This document shows positions 45,401 to 52,816 of a stretch of DNA of 64,000 nucleotides, one piece after another. The notes beneath the pieces were generated by a model. It saw nothing but the letters and a program-made list of their open reading frames with translations, was not told the DNA's origin and made no database searches. The DNA lies in assembly GCA_035511775.1 (NCBI GenBank), contig DATKEZ010000116.1, positions 69-64,068 on the forward strand. Direction: 5' to 3'. The position numbers were made by a program, and so were the translations under genes. Source of the DNA: Steroidobacteraceae bacterium (GTDB lineage Bacteria > Pseudomonadota > Gammaproteobacteria > Steroidobacterales > Steroidobacteraceae). The number at the start of each line of letters is the position of its first letter. Position 1 is the first letter of the stretch.

Positions 45401-46486
45401 TGGCGCGTGGAGTTCAGCGGACCACCGGCGGTGCTGCCGGACGATCTGGCTGCCACCGCGTGGGTGTTCGAATACCGGCCGCGCGTCGGCGAGCAACTCG
45501 AACTCGCGGTGACGCGTCCAGCGGCCGTGCCGGGGCGAACACTCGCCATCGATGCAGTGCACCAGCGTGCCCGCATCGGACGCCACTCATCGGAACACGA
45601 ACTCGAGCTGCGCTATCGCAGCACCCAGGGCGGCCGCCATGCGATCCAGCTCCCGAAGGAGGGCAACGTTACGCAGGTGGAAGTCGACGGCAAGCCAACT
45701 CAGATTCGGCCCGACAGGGGTGAGCTATCCTTATCTGTCTTGCCCGGCGAGCACACGGTCCGCATTGCATGGCGTTCGAAGGACGGCGCGTCGATGGCGT
45801 CCCGTCCTGACACCGTGGACCTGAGCGCACCGTCGAGTAACGTCACGACGACTCTCGCCTTGCCTGCCGACCGGTGGCCTCTGGTTGCGATCGGCGGCGG
45901 CGTAGGACCGGCTTTTCTGTACTGGGGTGAGCTGCTGGTGTTTCTCGTCGTGGCGACATTACTCGGTCGTTGGCCGCGGTCACCGCTGCGCACCACCGAG
46001 TGGCTCGTGCTCGGCCTGGGGCTCTCGACTCTCTCCTGGCGGGTGCTCGTTACGGTGGCCGCGTGGCTGTTCGCGATGCGCTGGCGAGAGCAGTGGCGCG
46101 GCGCGTACGCTCTCGAGCGCTGGCAGTTCAACCTGCTGCAGTGCGCGCTCGCGGCGCTCACGCTGTTCGCGGTGACGAGTCTCGTCTTCTCCGGAGTGCG
46201 TTATGGGCTGCTGGCCTCGCCCGACATGGGTGTCACGGGGCCGGGCTCCGGTGGCAATACCTTCAGCTGGTTCGTCGATCGGGCGGCTTCGACGTTGCCG
46301 CACCCGGTGGTATATAGCCTGCCGCTGTGGGTCTACCGCACGATCATGTTCGCCTGGGCGTTGTGGATCGCGATCGCGCTTGCGCGTTGGCTGCGCTTTG
46401 CCTGGCGAGCCTGGAGCGCCGGAGGCATCTGGCGAGGCGCGGTCCTCCCGCCGACGCTCGGGGCTGCCGGCCAGACTCCCCGGTAG
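42422..46486 (+). CDS. Large (1354 aa) uncharacterised membrane protein built from two paralogous modules, each a signal or anchor segment, a roughly 450-aa ectodomain and a multi-TM block
   Basis: ATG 42422 lies 5 nt after AGGGGG. The Sec-type leader is MRLLAAVALVVVSATAGARG. Hydrophobic clusters lie at about aa 470-560, 680-735, 1190-1270 and 1310-1335. I recognise no catalytic or family motif. See the findings for the internal duplication. Confidence 0.8.
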   Translation: MRLLAAVALVVVSATAGARGTAEQPLVPRALEDWQGWVLKGKEFHRCPFLAGSNIADANSYRCVWPERLLLSVDAHGGTFSQRWQVYTESWVALPGDLERWPQAVSVDGAPAALVARGDVPYVRLTAGSHALSGRFVWDARPETLTIPTQTALLDLLVDGQRVLQPERPAGRLALGHQGAAAEPRRLDVQVYRLIEDDIPLRLVTRLRLRAAGDAREEQLARLLPAGFIPVSLQGPLPARLESDGRLRVQLRAGRFELVLTARQAQPSATLSSPGEPAAARDEVWSFAANDRLRVAAVEGGAGIDPAQANVPEDWRGYPAFRMAPGSELRIVERSRGLSNTDQNRLHLRRRLWLDFDHDGFTAVDEVSGTLRRDWRLGMREPYRLASARTGTEALLVTSSASQAETGVELRSPSVRLSVVARSAHPYRALPATGWTNSFEGVSGELYLPPGHRLLAVLGADVSPTAWLDRWGLWNLFGVLVIVVFSYWVAGPSTATIGGLGLLLTYQAAPELIWVWGNLLAAIALARAAPEGRLARVASVYRTVSFAVLALALVPFTWSEVRHAIYPQLEVSGYARQRVAAPMPAAAPLESRVVEEITSAAARADMSSLVVSGSRATSAAEPILARYAAGTLVQAGPGIPAWNYGTQPFGWTGPVEPDQSLRFVVLGPIGVALWRIAGVAALAWFFIRLARNSFGTRLRLPGFLRPGAAMGALMLACVAAVPHGARAESTPDPALLNELRDRLTQAPECAPTCAEIMQAQVHVSADRVQIDLKASALAPLAVAVPSAGDRWQIDSVAVDGASSLAVAREPDEALWVPLKSGVRTIRIEGRLVGDSVHLAFPLVPRTVSVDAAGWDVAGVHAGRLVSGALDLTRQPRTGSVATTPNPAAGEAFPAFVRVVRNFRLDLDWSVATTVQRVAPESAAFTVAVPLVAGESVLSEGLDVRRDGVALVGLAPGQAELEWTSSLARSDRLALRLTATPARAEVWRFVVSPQWRVEFSGPPAVLPDDLAATAWVFEYRPRVGEQLELAVTRPAAVPGRTLAIDAVHQRARIGRHSSEHELELRYRSTQGGRHAIQLPKEGNVTQVEVDGKPTQIRPDRGELSLSVLPGEHTVRIAWRSKDGASMASRPDTVDLSAPSSNVTTTLALPADRWPLVAIGGGVGPAFLYWGELLVFLVVATLLGRWPRSPLRTTEWLVLGLGLSTLSWRVLVTVAAWLFAMRWREQWRGAYALERWQFNLLQCALAALTLFAVTSLVFSGVRYGLLASPDMGVTGPGSGGNTFSWFVDRAASTLPHPVVYSLPLWVYRTIMFAWALWIAIALARWLRFAWRAWSAGGIWRGAVLPPTLGAAGQTPR

Positions 46487-46749
46487 AGTATTCACATGAT
46501 GTATACGTGCTAACGCTTTGATTACAAGCGCTAAAAATATCCTAGCCCTCTGACTCGGATCAAGCAGCGCAGGAGAAAAGCCCTACAAATCAGCGGCCCA
46601 GGACTACGTGCGGATGCCGGGAAAGCCCCCACTGGCGGCAGGAAAAATCTTTATCCCTCAAAGAGCTTGCAGGGGCTTCTGCGACGCGTTTAACATGCGC
46701 TCCCTGTCTGCTAACGACGACAGCCAAAAAAGCCAAAGCGGAGGGTAAC

Positions 46750-46886
46750 CGGCAGAAGACACAGGGTGGAGGGAGTCGCGACAAGAGCAACAACGGTCCG
46801 AAACAAAAAAAACAGTGCAATTGTTCGAGTCTGTCAGCTTCGAATGATTGTTTGGTTGGTTGAGCCTCCCCCTGTGTCTTCTGCCG
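46750..46886. repeat. Near-perfect 22-bp inverted repeat enclosing 92 nt (candidate structured RNA or MITE-like element)
   Basis: The left arm CGGCAGAAGACACAGGGtGGAGG (46750-46772) is the reverse complement of CCTCCCCCTGTGTCTTCTGCCG (46865-46886), apart from one bulged T. Confidence 0.85.
46805..46850 (-). terminator. AT-rich imperfect hairpin followed by T8 on the minus strand; possible terminator of the DUF498 gene or the 3' end of a small RNA
   Basis: 46818-46828 (CAATTGTTCGA) pairs with 46840-46850 (TCGAATGATTG) at 9 of 11 positions. The run 46805-46812 reads T8 on the minus strand, 5 nt after the stem. Confidence 0.3.
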
Positions 46887-46908
46887 ATCATCCTTGCGCC
46901 TCCAGGCG

Positions 46909-47280
46909 CTAGCGCAGAAACAGCGCCGCGGCGACCCGCCGCTCCTCCTGAACCAGAACGTTGAACGTGCGGCAGGCTGCACCCAGCTGCATGGCCTCGA
47001 GCCCGATGCCGCGCTGCGCCAGCGCCGCGCGCACCGCCGGCGGCGCAAAGCGCGGCGTCGCGCCGGTGCCAAGCAGCACCACCTCCGGTGTGAGCGCGAG
47101 AATCGCCTCGAGGTGAGCGGGCGTCAGCTCGGCGAAACTCCCGGGCTCCCAATCGGTGATCAGCCGGTCCGCCGTGACGATGCAGCTGCGCTGCACGCTG
47201 TGTTCGCCGATGCGGATCTCGGCAGCCGAGTAGCCTCGGATCAGGTTGGCGCGCGTGCCCGGTTCGAGCGTGAACTTCAT
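46909..47280 (-). CDS. Mth938-like / DUF498 domain protein (NDUFAF3-related fold)
   Basis: 123 aa. MKFTLEPGTRANLIRGYSAAEIRIGEH...VVLLGTGATPRF...LEAMQLGAACRTFNVLVQEERRVAAALFL matches the DUF498 pattern. Confidence 0.7.
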   Translation of the reverse strand: MKFTLEPGTRANLIRGYSAAEIRIGEHSVQRSCIVTADRLITDWEPGSFAELTPAHLEAILALTPEVVLLGTGATPRFAPPAVRAALAQRGIGLEAMQLGAACRTFNVLVQEERRVAAALFLR

Positions 47281-47300
47281 TCCGCAGTACGATAGCGCCG

Positions 47301-48344
47301 GTGCGCGAGATCGTCATTGTGGTCGCCGACCTGTACCTGCCGCGCGGCGCCAATGGCGCGCCGCTCGGCGGCGCCGCCGAACCGGGGGCCGCTCCGGGAA
47401 TCGAAAGCGCGGGCCGCTTCGGGGAGCGCGCGGCACTCGAGCACGGTTGGCGCGAGTGGCTCGCGCACGCGCTTGGCCGCGGGGATCTCGCCGGCGCCGC
47501 CCCGGCATGCGTCGCCGCCGCGGAGCTGGCGCCGGGGGCTGCGCCCGCGGGCGCGAGCGGCACGCTGTGGATCGCTACCCCGCTGCACCTCAGCGCGGGC
47601 GGTGCGCGCCTGGATCTGGATCATCGCGGCGTCCTGCGCCTGCCGCACGCCGAGCTCGCAACTCTCGCGGCCGCCTTTCAGCAGACCTTTGGCGCTTCCG
47701 GCTTCACACTTACGCCGCTGTCGTCGGGGGACTTTCTCCTCAGCACCGCCGGCATCGCCGCCCTCGCCACCACCGAGCCGGCCCGCTGCGCGGGCGGCGA
47801 CGTCGCCGATGCCCTGCCTCGCGGAGCCGCCGCCGCGCCACTGCGGCGCCTGCTGGCCGAGATCGAGATGTGGCTGCACGGTGAGGCGCTGAACGAGGCG
47901 CGCCTGCGCCGCGGCGAGCCGCCGGTCACGACACTGTGGCCGTGGGGTGCCGAGGGGCGGGCGCTGCAGCCAGAGCGGCGTGCGGGGCGTGCCCTGCGCG
48001 CCTTCGGGGCGGACCCGTATGTGAGCGGTCTGTGGCGCCTGCAGGCGGACCTGTGCCGCGCGCTTCCGCAGCGCCTGCAGGATGTGCTCCCCGACGAGCG
48101 CGCCTCCGGGGTGGTGCTGGTGGTGGAGGTGGGACGGGAGTTGCAGCCTGACCGGCACGACACGCTCCACCAGGCCCTGGCGCGTCTCGATGCGCGCTTC
48201 GTGTCGCCGGCGCTCCAGGCGCTGCGTCGCGGTGAGGTCGGGAGTGTGACGCTGATCGCCAACGACACGCGAATCACGCTGCGCCGCCGCAGTCATCTGC
48301 GGCTGTGGCGGCGCCCGCGGGCGGGCCTGCGGAGCTTCGCGTGA
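47301..48344 (+). CDS. Hypothetical protein resembling the RpfE-type regulatory protein family found upstream of recJ in Xanthomonas
   Basis: 347 aa, Ala/Leu/Arg-rich, with no motif I can name. The call rests on position (directly upstream of, and overlapping, recJ, then prfB-lysS) and on recollected family features. Confidence 0.4.
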   Translation: MREIVIVVADLYLPRGANGAPLGGAAEPGAAPGIESAGRFGERAALEHGWREWLAHALGRGDLAGAAPACVAAAELAPGAAPAGASGTLWIATPLHLSAGGARLDLDHRGVLRLPHAELATLAAAFQQTFGASGFTLTPLSSGDFLLSTAGIAALATTEPARCAGGDVADALPRGAAAAPLRRLLAEIEMWLHGEALNEARLRRGEPPVTTLWPWGAEGRALQPERRAGRALRAFGADPYVSGLWRLQADLCRALPQRLQDVLPDERASGVVLVVEVGRELQPDRHDTLHQALARLDARFVSPALQALRRGEVGSVTLIANDTRITLRRRSHLRLWRRPRAGLRSFA

Positions 48345-50059
48345 GGCTGCGGGTCGTGCGCCGCGCGCCGGCCGCGCCGCTGGGCGGGGATCTGCACCCG
48401 GTGCTCGAGCGCGTGTACGCGGCGCGTGGCGTACGTTCGGCGGCGGATCTGGACACTTCCCTCGGGCGGCTGTTGCCGGTGGGCACGCTCGAGGGCATTC
48501 CGGCGGCGGTGGACCTGCTGCTGCAGCACCGCACGGCCGGGCGCGTGCTGATCATCGGGGATTTCGATGCCGACGGCGCCACCAGCAGCGCGCTGATGGT
48601 GCGCGCGCTGAGGAGCTTCGGGTTCGCGGCGGTGGACTTTCTGGTGCCCAACCGATTTCAGTTCGGGTATGGGCTCACCCCCGGGATCGTGTCGCTGGCA
48701 GCCGCGCGCGCGCCGACGCTCATCGTCACGGTCGACAACGGCGTCTCGAGCAACGCCGGCGTCGCCGCCGCGCGCGCGGGCGGGATCGACGTGCTGATCA
48801 CCGATCATCACCTGCCGGGCGCGCTGCTGCCCGACGCCAACGTGATCGTCAACCCCAACCTCGGGGGCAGCCGCTTCGGCAGCCGCTCGCTGGCCGGTGT
48901 CGGGGTCGCTTTCTACGTCATGGCGGCGCTCGCACGCCGGCTCGAGGAGGCGGGGCTCCCCGCCACCCCCGGCGCGGCGCAGCTGCTGGACCTGGTGGCG
49001 CTCGGCACGGTCGCCGACGTGGTGCCGCTCGATGCCAACAACCGCGTGCTGGTCGCGCAGGGGCTGAAGCGCATTCGCGCCGGCCGCTGCGTGCCCGGCA
49101 TCCGGGCGCTGCTCGCCATCGCCGGCCGGCCGGCGCACGATCTCACGGCAAGCGATCTCGCCTTTGGTGTGGCGCCGCGCCTGAACGCCGCCGGCCGTAT
49201 CGACGACATGACCATCGGTATCCAGTGCCTGCTCGCCGATGATCCCGCCACCGCCGAGGGTCTGGCGGCGCGTCTCGATGAGCTCAACCAGGAGCGCCGC
49301 TCGATCGAAGCGCGCATGCAGCAGGTGGCACTGGCTGCGGTGCGCTGCCTCGCCGATCCCGGCCCCGGGGCGCTGCAGCGCAGCGGCGTATGCCTGTTCG
49401 AGGAGAGCTGGCACCAGGGCGTGGTCGGGTTGGTCGCGAGCCGGGTGAAGGATCGCGTGCGGCGCCCGGTGATCGCCTTCGCGATCGCCGATGAAGCGAG
49501 CCTGCGCGGCTCGGCGCGCTCGGTCGCGGGGATCCACATCCGCGACGTGCTCGAGTCGATCGCGACGCGGCACCCGGATCTCATCGAGCGCTTCGGCGGT
49601 CATGCCATGGCCGCGGGACTGACGCTCGAGCGTGCCAAGCTCGAGCGCTTCGCACGCGCATTCGACGAGGAGGTTGCGCGCTGGACGGCCGGCGCTCCCG
49701 CCGCCGACACCATCGAGACCGACGGGGAGCTCGCGCCGACGGAGATCGCGCTCGATACCGCCCACGCCCTGCGCGCCGGCGGCCCGTGGGGCCAGGCTTT
49801 CCCCGAGCCGTGCTTCGATGGGCTGTTCAGCATCCGCAGCGCGCGCGTCATCGCCGAGCGGCACCTGAAGATGTGGGTGGAGGTGCCGGCGAGCGGTCGC
49901 GCCTTCGATGCGATTGCCTTCAACCACCTCGAGGAGGGTGCGCAGTTCGTGCCACCCTCGGGCCTGGCCCAGCTCGTGTACCGACTGGAAGTGAACGAGT
50001 ACCAGGGCGAACGGCGCCTGCAGCTGCTCATCGATCACGTGCTGCCGGCCGCTCGCTAA
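48341..50059 (+). CDS. recJ: Single-stranded-DNA-specific exonuclease RecJ
   Basis: DHH-family motifs ([26 protein letters not shown]) and a DHHA1 domain (GGHAMAAG). GTG 48341 overlaps the upstream TGA (GTGA). Confidence 0.93.
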   Translation: MRLRVVRRAPAAPLGGDLHPVLERVYAARGVRSAADLDTSLGRLLPVGTLEGIPAAVDLLLQHRTAGRVLIIGDFDADGATSSALMVRALRSFGFAAVDFLVPNRFQFGYGLTPGIVSLAAARAPTLIVTVDNGVSSNAGVAAARAGGIDVLITDHHLPGALLPDANVIVNPNLGGSRFGSRSLAGVGVAFYVMAALARRLEEAGLPATPGAAQLLDLVALGTVADVVPLDANNRVLVAQGLKRIRAGRCVPGIRALLAIAGRPAHDLTASDLAFGVAPRLNAAGRIDDMTIGIQCLLADDPATAEGLAARLDELNQERRSIEARMQQVALAAVRCLADPGPGALQRSGVCLFEESWHQGVVGLVASRVKDRVRRPVIAFAIADEASLRGSARSVAGIHIRDVLESIATRHPDLIERFGGHAMAAGLTLERAKLERFARAFDEEVARWTAGAPAADTIETDGELAPTEIALDTAHALRAGGPWGQAFPEPCFDGLFSIRSARVIAERHLKMWVEVPASGRAFDAIAFNHLEEGAQFVPPSGLAQLVYRLEVNEYQGERRLQLLIDHVLPAAR

Positions 50060-50131
50060 GCTGCGCGCCGCGGTGTTAGCATGCCAAACTTTGGTTCACG
50101 CGCGCCGCGCTCCGCGCGGGCCAGGACGTGT

Positions 50132-51227
50132 ATGGAAGTCAATCTACTCAAGCGCCAACTCAAGGATCTGGGTGAACGTATTACCTCGTTACGGGGGTTT
50201 CTTTGAGTACGACCGCAAGCGCGAGCGGCTCGAGGAAGTTGCGCGCGAGCTGGAGGATCCCGCCGTCTGGTCGAACCCGGCGCGGGCGCAGGAGCTCGGG
50301 CGCGAGCGCGCCCGGCTGACGAGCGACCTCGGCGAGATCGACCGCGCCACCAAGGGCATCGGCGAGGCTACCGAGCTGCTGGAACTGGCCGAGGCCGAGG
50401 GCGATGAGCGCGCCGCGCGCGACCTCGAGCGCGACGGGCAGCGCCTCGAGGCGGAGGTGCGGCACCTGGAGCTGAAACGCATGTTCCGCGGGGAAATGGA
50501 CTCGCACAGCGCGTTTCTCGACATCCAGGCGGGCGCCGGCGGTACCGAGGCGCAGGACTGGGCGCAGATGCTGCTGCGTATGTACCTGCGCTGGGGCGCG
50601 GCGCGTGGCTTCGCCTGCGAGGTGATCGATTCCAGTCCCGGCGAAGTGGCCGGCATCAAGAGCGCCACCGTGGAAGTGCAGGGCGAGTACGCCTACGGTT
50701 GGCTGCGCACCGAGACCGGCGTGCATCGCCTGGTGCGCAAGTCGCCATTCGATTCCGGTAACCGCCGCCATACCTCCTTCGCATCCGTGTTCGTCTCCCC
50801 CGAGATCGATGACGACATCCAGATCGAAATCAATCCCGCGGACCTGAAGGTGGATGTCTACCGCTCCTCCGGAGCGGGCGGACAGCACGTCAACAAGACC
50901 GAGTCGGCGGTGCGCATCACCCATATGCCCACCGGCATCGTGGCCGCCTGCCAGAACGAGCGCAGCCAGCACAAGAACCGCTCCACCGCCATGAAGATGC
51001 TCAAGGCGAAGCTCTACGAGCTGGAGGTCAACAAGCGCAATGCCGCCGCCCGGGTGCTCGAGGATTCCAAGTCGGATGTCAGCTGGGGCAACCAGATCCG
51101 CTCGTACGTCCTCGATCAGTCGCGCATCAAGGACCTGCGAACCGGAGTGGAGGTGGGCAACACCGCCGCGGTGCTCGATGGCGATCTGGATCAGTTCCTG
51201 GAAGCCTCGCTCAAGGCAGGCGTATAA
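50132..51227 (+). CDS. prfB: Peptide chain release factor 2, needing a programmed +1 frameshift: join(50132..50203, 50205..51227)
   Basis: Frame 0 reads [24 protein letters not shown] then TGA (50204-50206). The +1 frame continues [12 protein letters not shown]... through the SPF motif (RKSPFDS) and GGQ motif (SGAGGQHVN). Confidence 0.95.
50192..50207 (+). promoter_or_regulatory. prfB +1 frameshift site (internal SD-like GGGGG plus slippery CTT TGA)
   Basis: CGG GGG TTT CTT TGA G here, compared with AGG GGG TAT CTT TGA C in E. coli. Confidence 0.9.
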
Positions 51228-51230
51228 GAA

Positions 51231-52769
51231 ATGCAACAGGGAAAAGACGCTCCGGCGCCCGCGGCCAAGGGTAACGGCGGCGACGATGGCGGCGATGAGA
51301 ACAAGCTGATCGCCGAGCGGCGCGCGAAGCTCGCGGCGCGGCGCGCACAGGGACCTGCGTTCCCGAACGACTTTCGCCGCGACGCGCTCGCCGCGCAGCT
51401 GCACGACGGCTTCGGCGAGCGCAGTGGCGAGTGGCTGGATGCCAATCCGACGCACGTGGCGGTCGGCGGACGGCTGATGTTCAAGCGCGTCATGGGCAAG
51501 GCGAGCTTCGGAAAAATCGCCGACCGCACCGGGCAGATTCAGCTGTACCTGCAACAGGAGGCGCTCGGCGCCGCCTACGAGGCCTTCAAGGGGTGGGACG
51601 TCGGCGACCTGGTGGGCGCGAGCGGCGTGCTGTTTCGCACCAGGACCGGCGAGCTGTCGGTGCGCGTGCAGGCCCTGAGGCTGCTGGTGAAGTCGCTGCG
51701 GCCGCTGCCGGACAAGTGGCACGGGCTCGCCGACACCGAGACGCGCTACCGGCAGCGCTACGTCGACCTGATCATGAGCGAGGCAAGCCGCAACGTATTC
51801 CGCACCCGCGCCCGGCTGGTGCGCTACCTGCGCGACTTTCTCGACGCGCTCGATTTTCTCGAGGTCGAGACGCCGATGATGCAGCCGATCCCGGGCGGTG
51901 CCAGCGCGCGCCCGTTCCGCACGCATCACAACGCGCTCGATCTGGACATGTACCTGCGCATCGCCCCGGAGTTGTACCTGAAGCGCCTGATCGTCGGCGG
52001 GCTCGAGCGCGTCTACGAGATCAACCGCAGCTTCCGCAATGAGGGGCTGTCGACGCAGCACAACCCGGAATTCACGATGCTCGAGCTGTACCTGGCGTAC
52101 GCTGACTATCGCGACCTGATGGACTGGATCGAGAAGGCCACCCGCGGACTGGCCGAGGCGCTGCACGGCTCGCAGCAGATCAGTTACCAGGGGCGCGCCT
52201 ACGATCTCGCCCGGCCGTTCCAGCGCCTGACCCTCGAGCAGGCCATCATCGACCACAGCCCGGGGATCGATCCGCTGTCGATGCGCGACCTCACGTACCT
52301 GCGCAAGCGCTGCGAGCAGCACGGCATCAAGGTCGAGCGCGAAGACGGCCCCGGCAAGCTGCAAATCGCGCTGTTCGAGAAGACCGCGGAGAGCGCGCTG
52401 CTGGATCCGACCTTCGTGTACGCCTACCCGGTGGAGGTGTCACCGCTGTCGCGACCCAACGATGCCGATCCGTTCATCGCCGATCGCTTCGAGTTCTTTC
52501 TCGCCGGGCGCGAGATCGCCAACGGCTTCTCCGAGCTCAACGATCCCGAGGAGCAGGCGGCGCGCTTCCGCGCCCAGGCCGCCCGCAAGGATCAGGGCGA
52601 CGAGGAAGCGATGTTCTACGACGCCGACTACGTGCGCTCGCTCGAGTACGGCATGCCGCCGGCCGCGGGACTCGGTGTCGGTATCGACCGGCTGGTCATG
52701 TTCTTCACCGACGCGCACTCGATCCGCGACGTCATTCTCTTCCCGCACATGCGCCCGGAAACTGGCTGA
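51231..52769 (+). CDS. lysS: Lysine--tRNA ligase (class II)
   Basis: 512 aa with an OB anticodon-binding domain and class II motifs (..[20 protein letters not shown].., ..[11 protein letters not shown]..). Confidence 0.95.
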   Translation: MQQGKDAPAPAAKGNGGDDGGDENKLIAERRAKLAARRAQGPAFPNDFRRDALAAQLHDGFGERSGEWLDANPTHVAVGGRLMFKRVMGKASFGKIADRTGQIQLYLQQEALGAAYEAFKGWDVGDLVGASGVLFRTRTGELSVRVQALRLLVKSLRPLPDKWHGLADTETRYRQRYVDLIMSEASRNVFRTRARLVRYLRDFLDALDFLEVETPMMQPIPGGASARPFRTHHNALDLDMYLRIAPELYLKRLIVGGLERVYEINRSFRNEGLSTQHNPEFTMLELYLAYADYRDLMDWIEKATRGLAEALHGSQQISYQGRAYDLARPFQRLTLEQAIIDHSPGIDPLSMRDLTYLRKRCEQHGIKVEREDGPGKLQIALFEKTAESALLDPTFVYAYPVEVSPLSRPNDADPFIADRFEFFLAGREIANGFSELNDPEEQAARFRAQAARKDQGDEEAMFYDADYVRSLEYGMPPAAGLGVGIDRLVMFFTDAHSIRDVILFPHMRPETG

Positions 52770-52816
52770 CCGGCTGCTGGACCGGTCGAGCGCGCACACT
52801 GCGCAGACACGCCCGT

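Noticed and set aside
46545-46645. Loose resemblance of AAGCAGCGCAGG and GCCGGGAAAGCCCCCACTGGCGGCAGG to parts of 4.5S/SRP RNA.
   Set aside because: The diagnostic domain IV hairpin (GGUCC-GGAA-GGAAGCAGCC, with pairing) cannot be formed, because the flanking bases are not complementary.
46695-46748. A small ORF in the low-GC spacer encodes MRSLSANDDSQKSQSGG. The ANDD stretch is reminiscent of tmRNA tag peptides (ANDENYALAA type).
   Set aside because: There is no tRNA-like acceptor or T-arm, and no GGGGC 5' end or CCA-proximal 3' end, nearby on either strand. The peptide does not end in the hydrophobic (L/V)AA degron, and there is no resume-codon context. I regard the resemblance as coincidental.
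46818-46835. A GTTCGAGTC stretch resembling a tRNA T-loop in the spacer, which could be an attachment-site remnant.
   Set aside because: The flanking 5-mers do not pair to form a T-stem, and no acceptor, D or anticodon arms can be drawn on either strand.
46766-46912. A 48-codon GTG-initiated ORF on the plus strand, spanning the inverted repeat and ending inside the DUF498 stop region.
   Set aside because: It has no SD. Its composition is dominated by the A-run and the repeat arms, it has no recognisable peptide features, and it overlaps the structures that better explain the sequence. It cannot be excluded without ribosome-profiling data.
50073-50206. prfB looks disrupted, with an in-frame TGA after 24 codons, so it could be called a pseudogene or given the alternative start at 50073.
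   Set aside because: The CTT TGA context with an upstream GGGGG is the well-known programmed +1 frameshift of RF2. The joined product aligns end to end with RF2.
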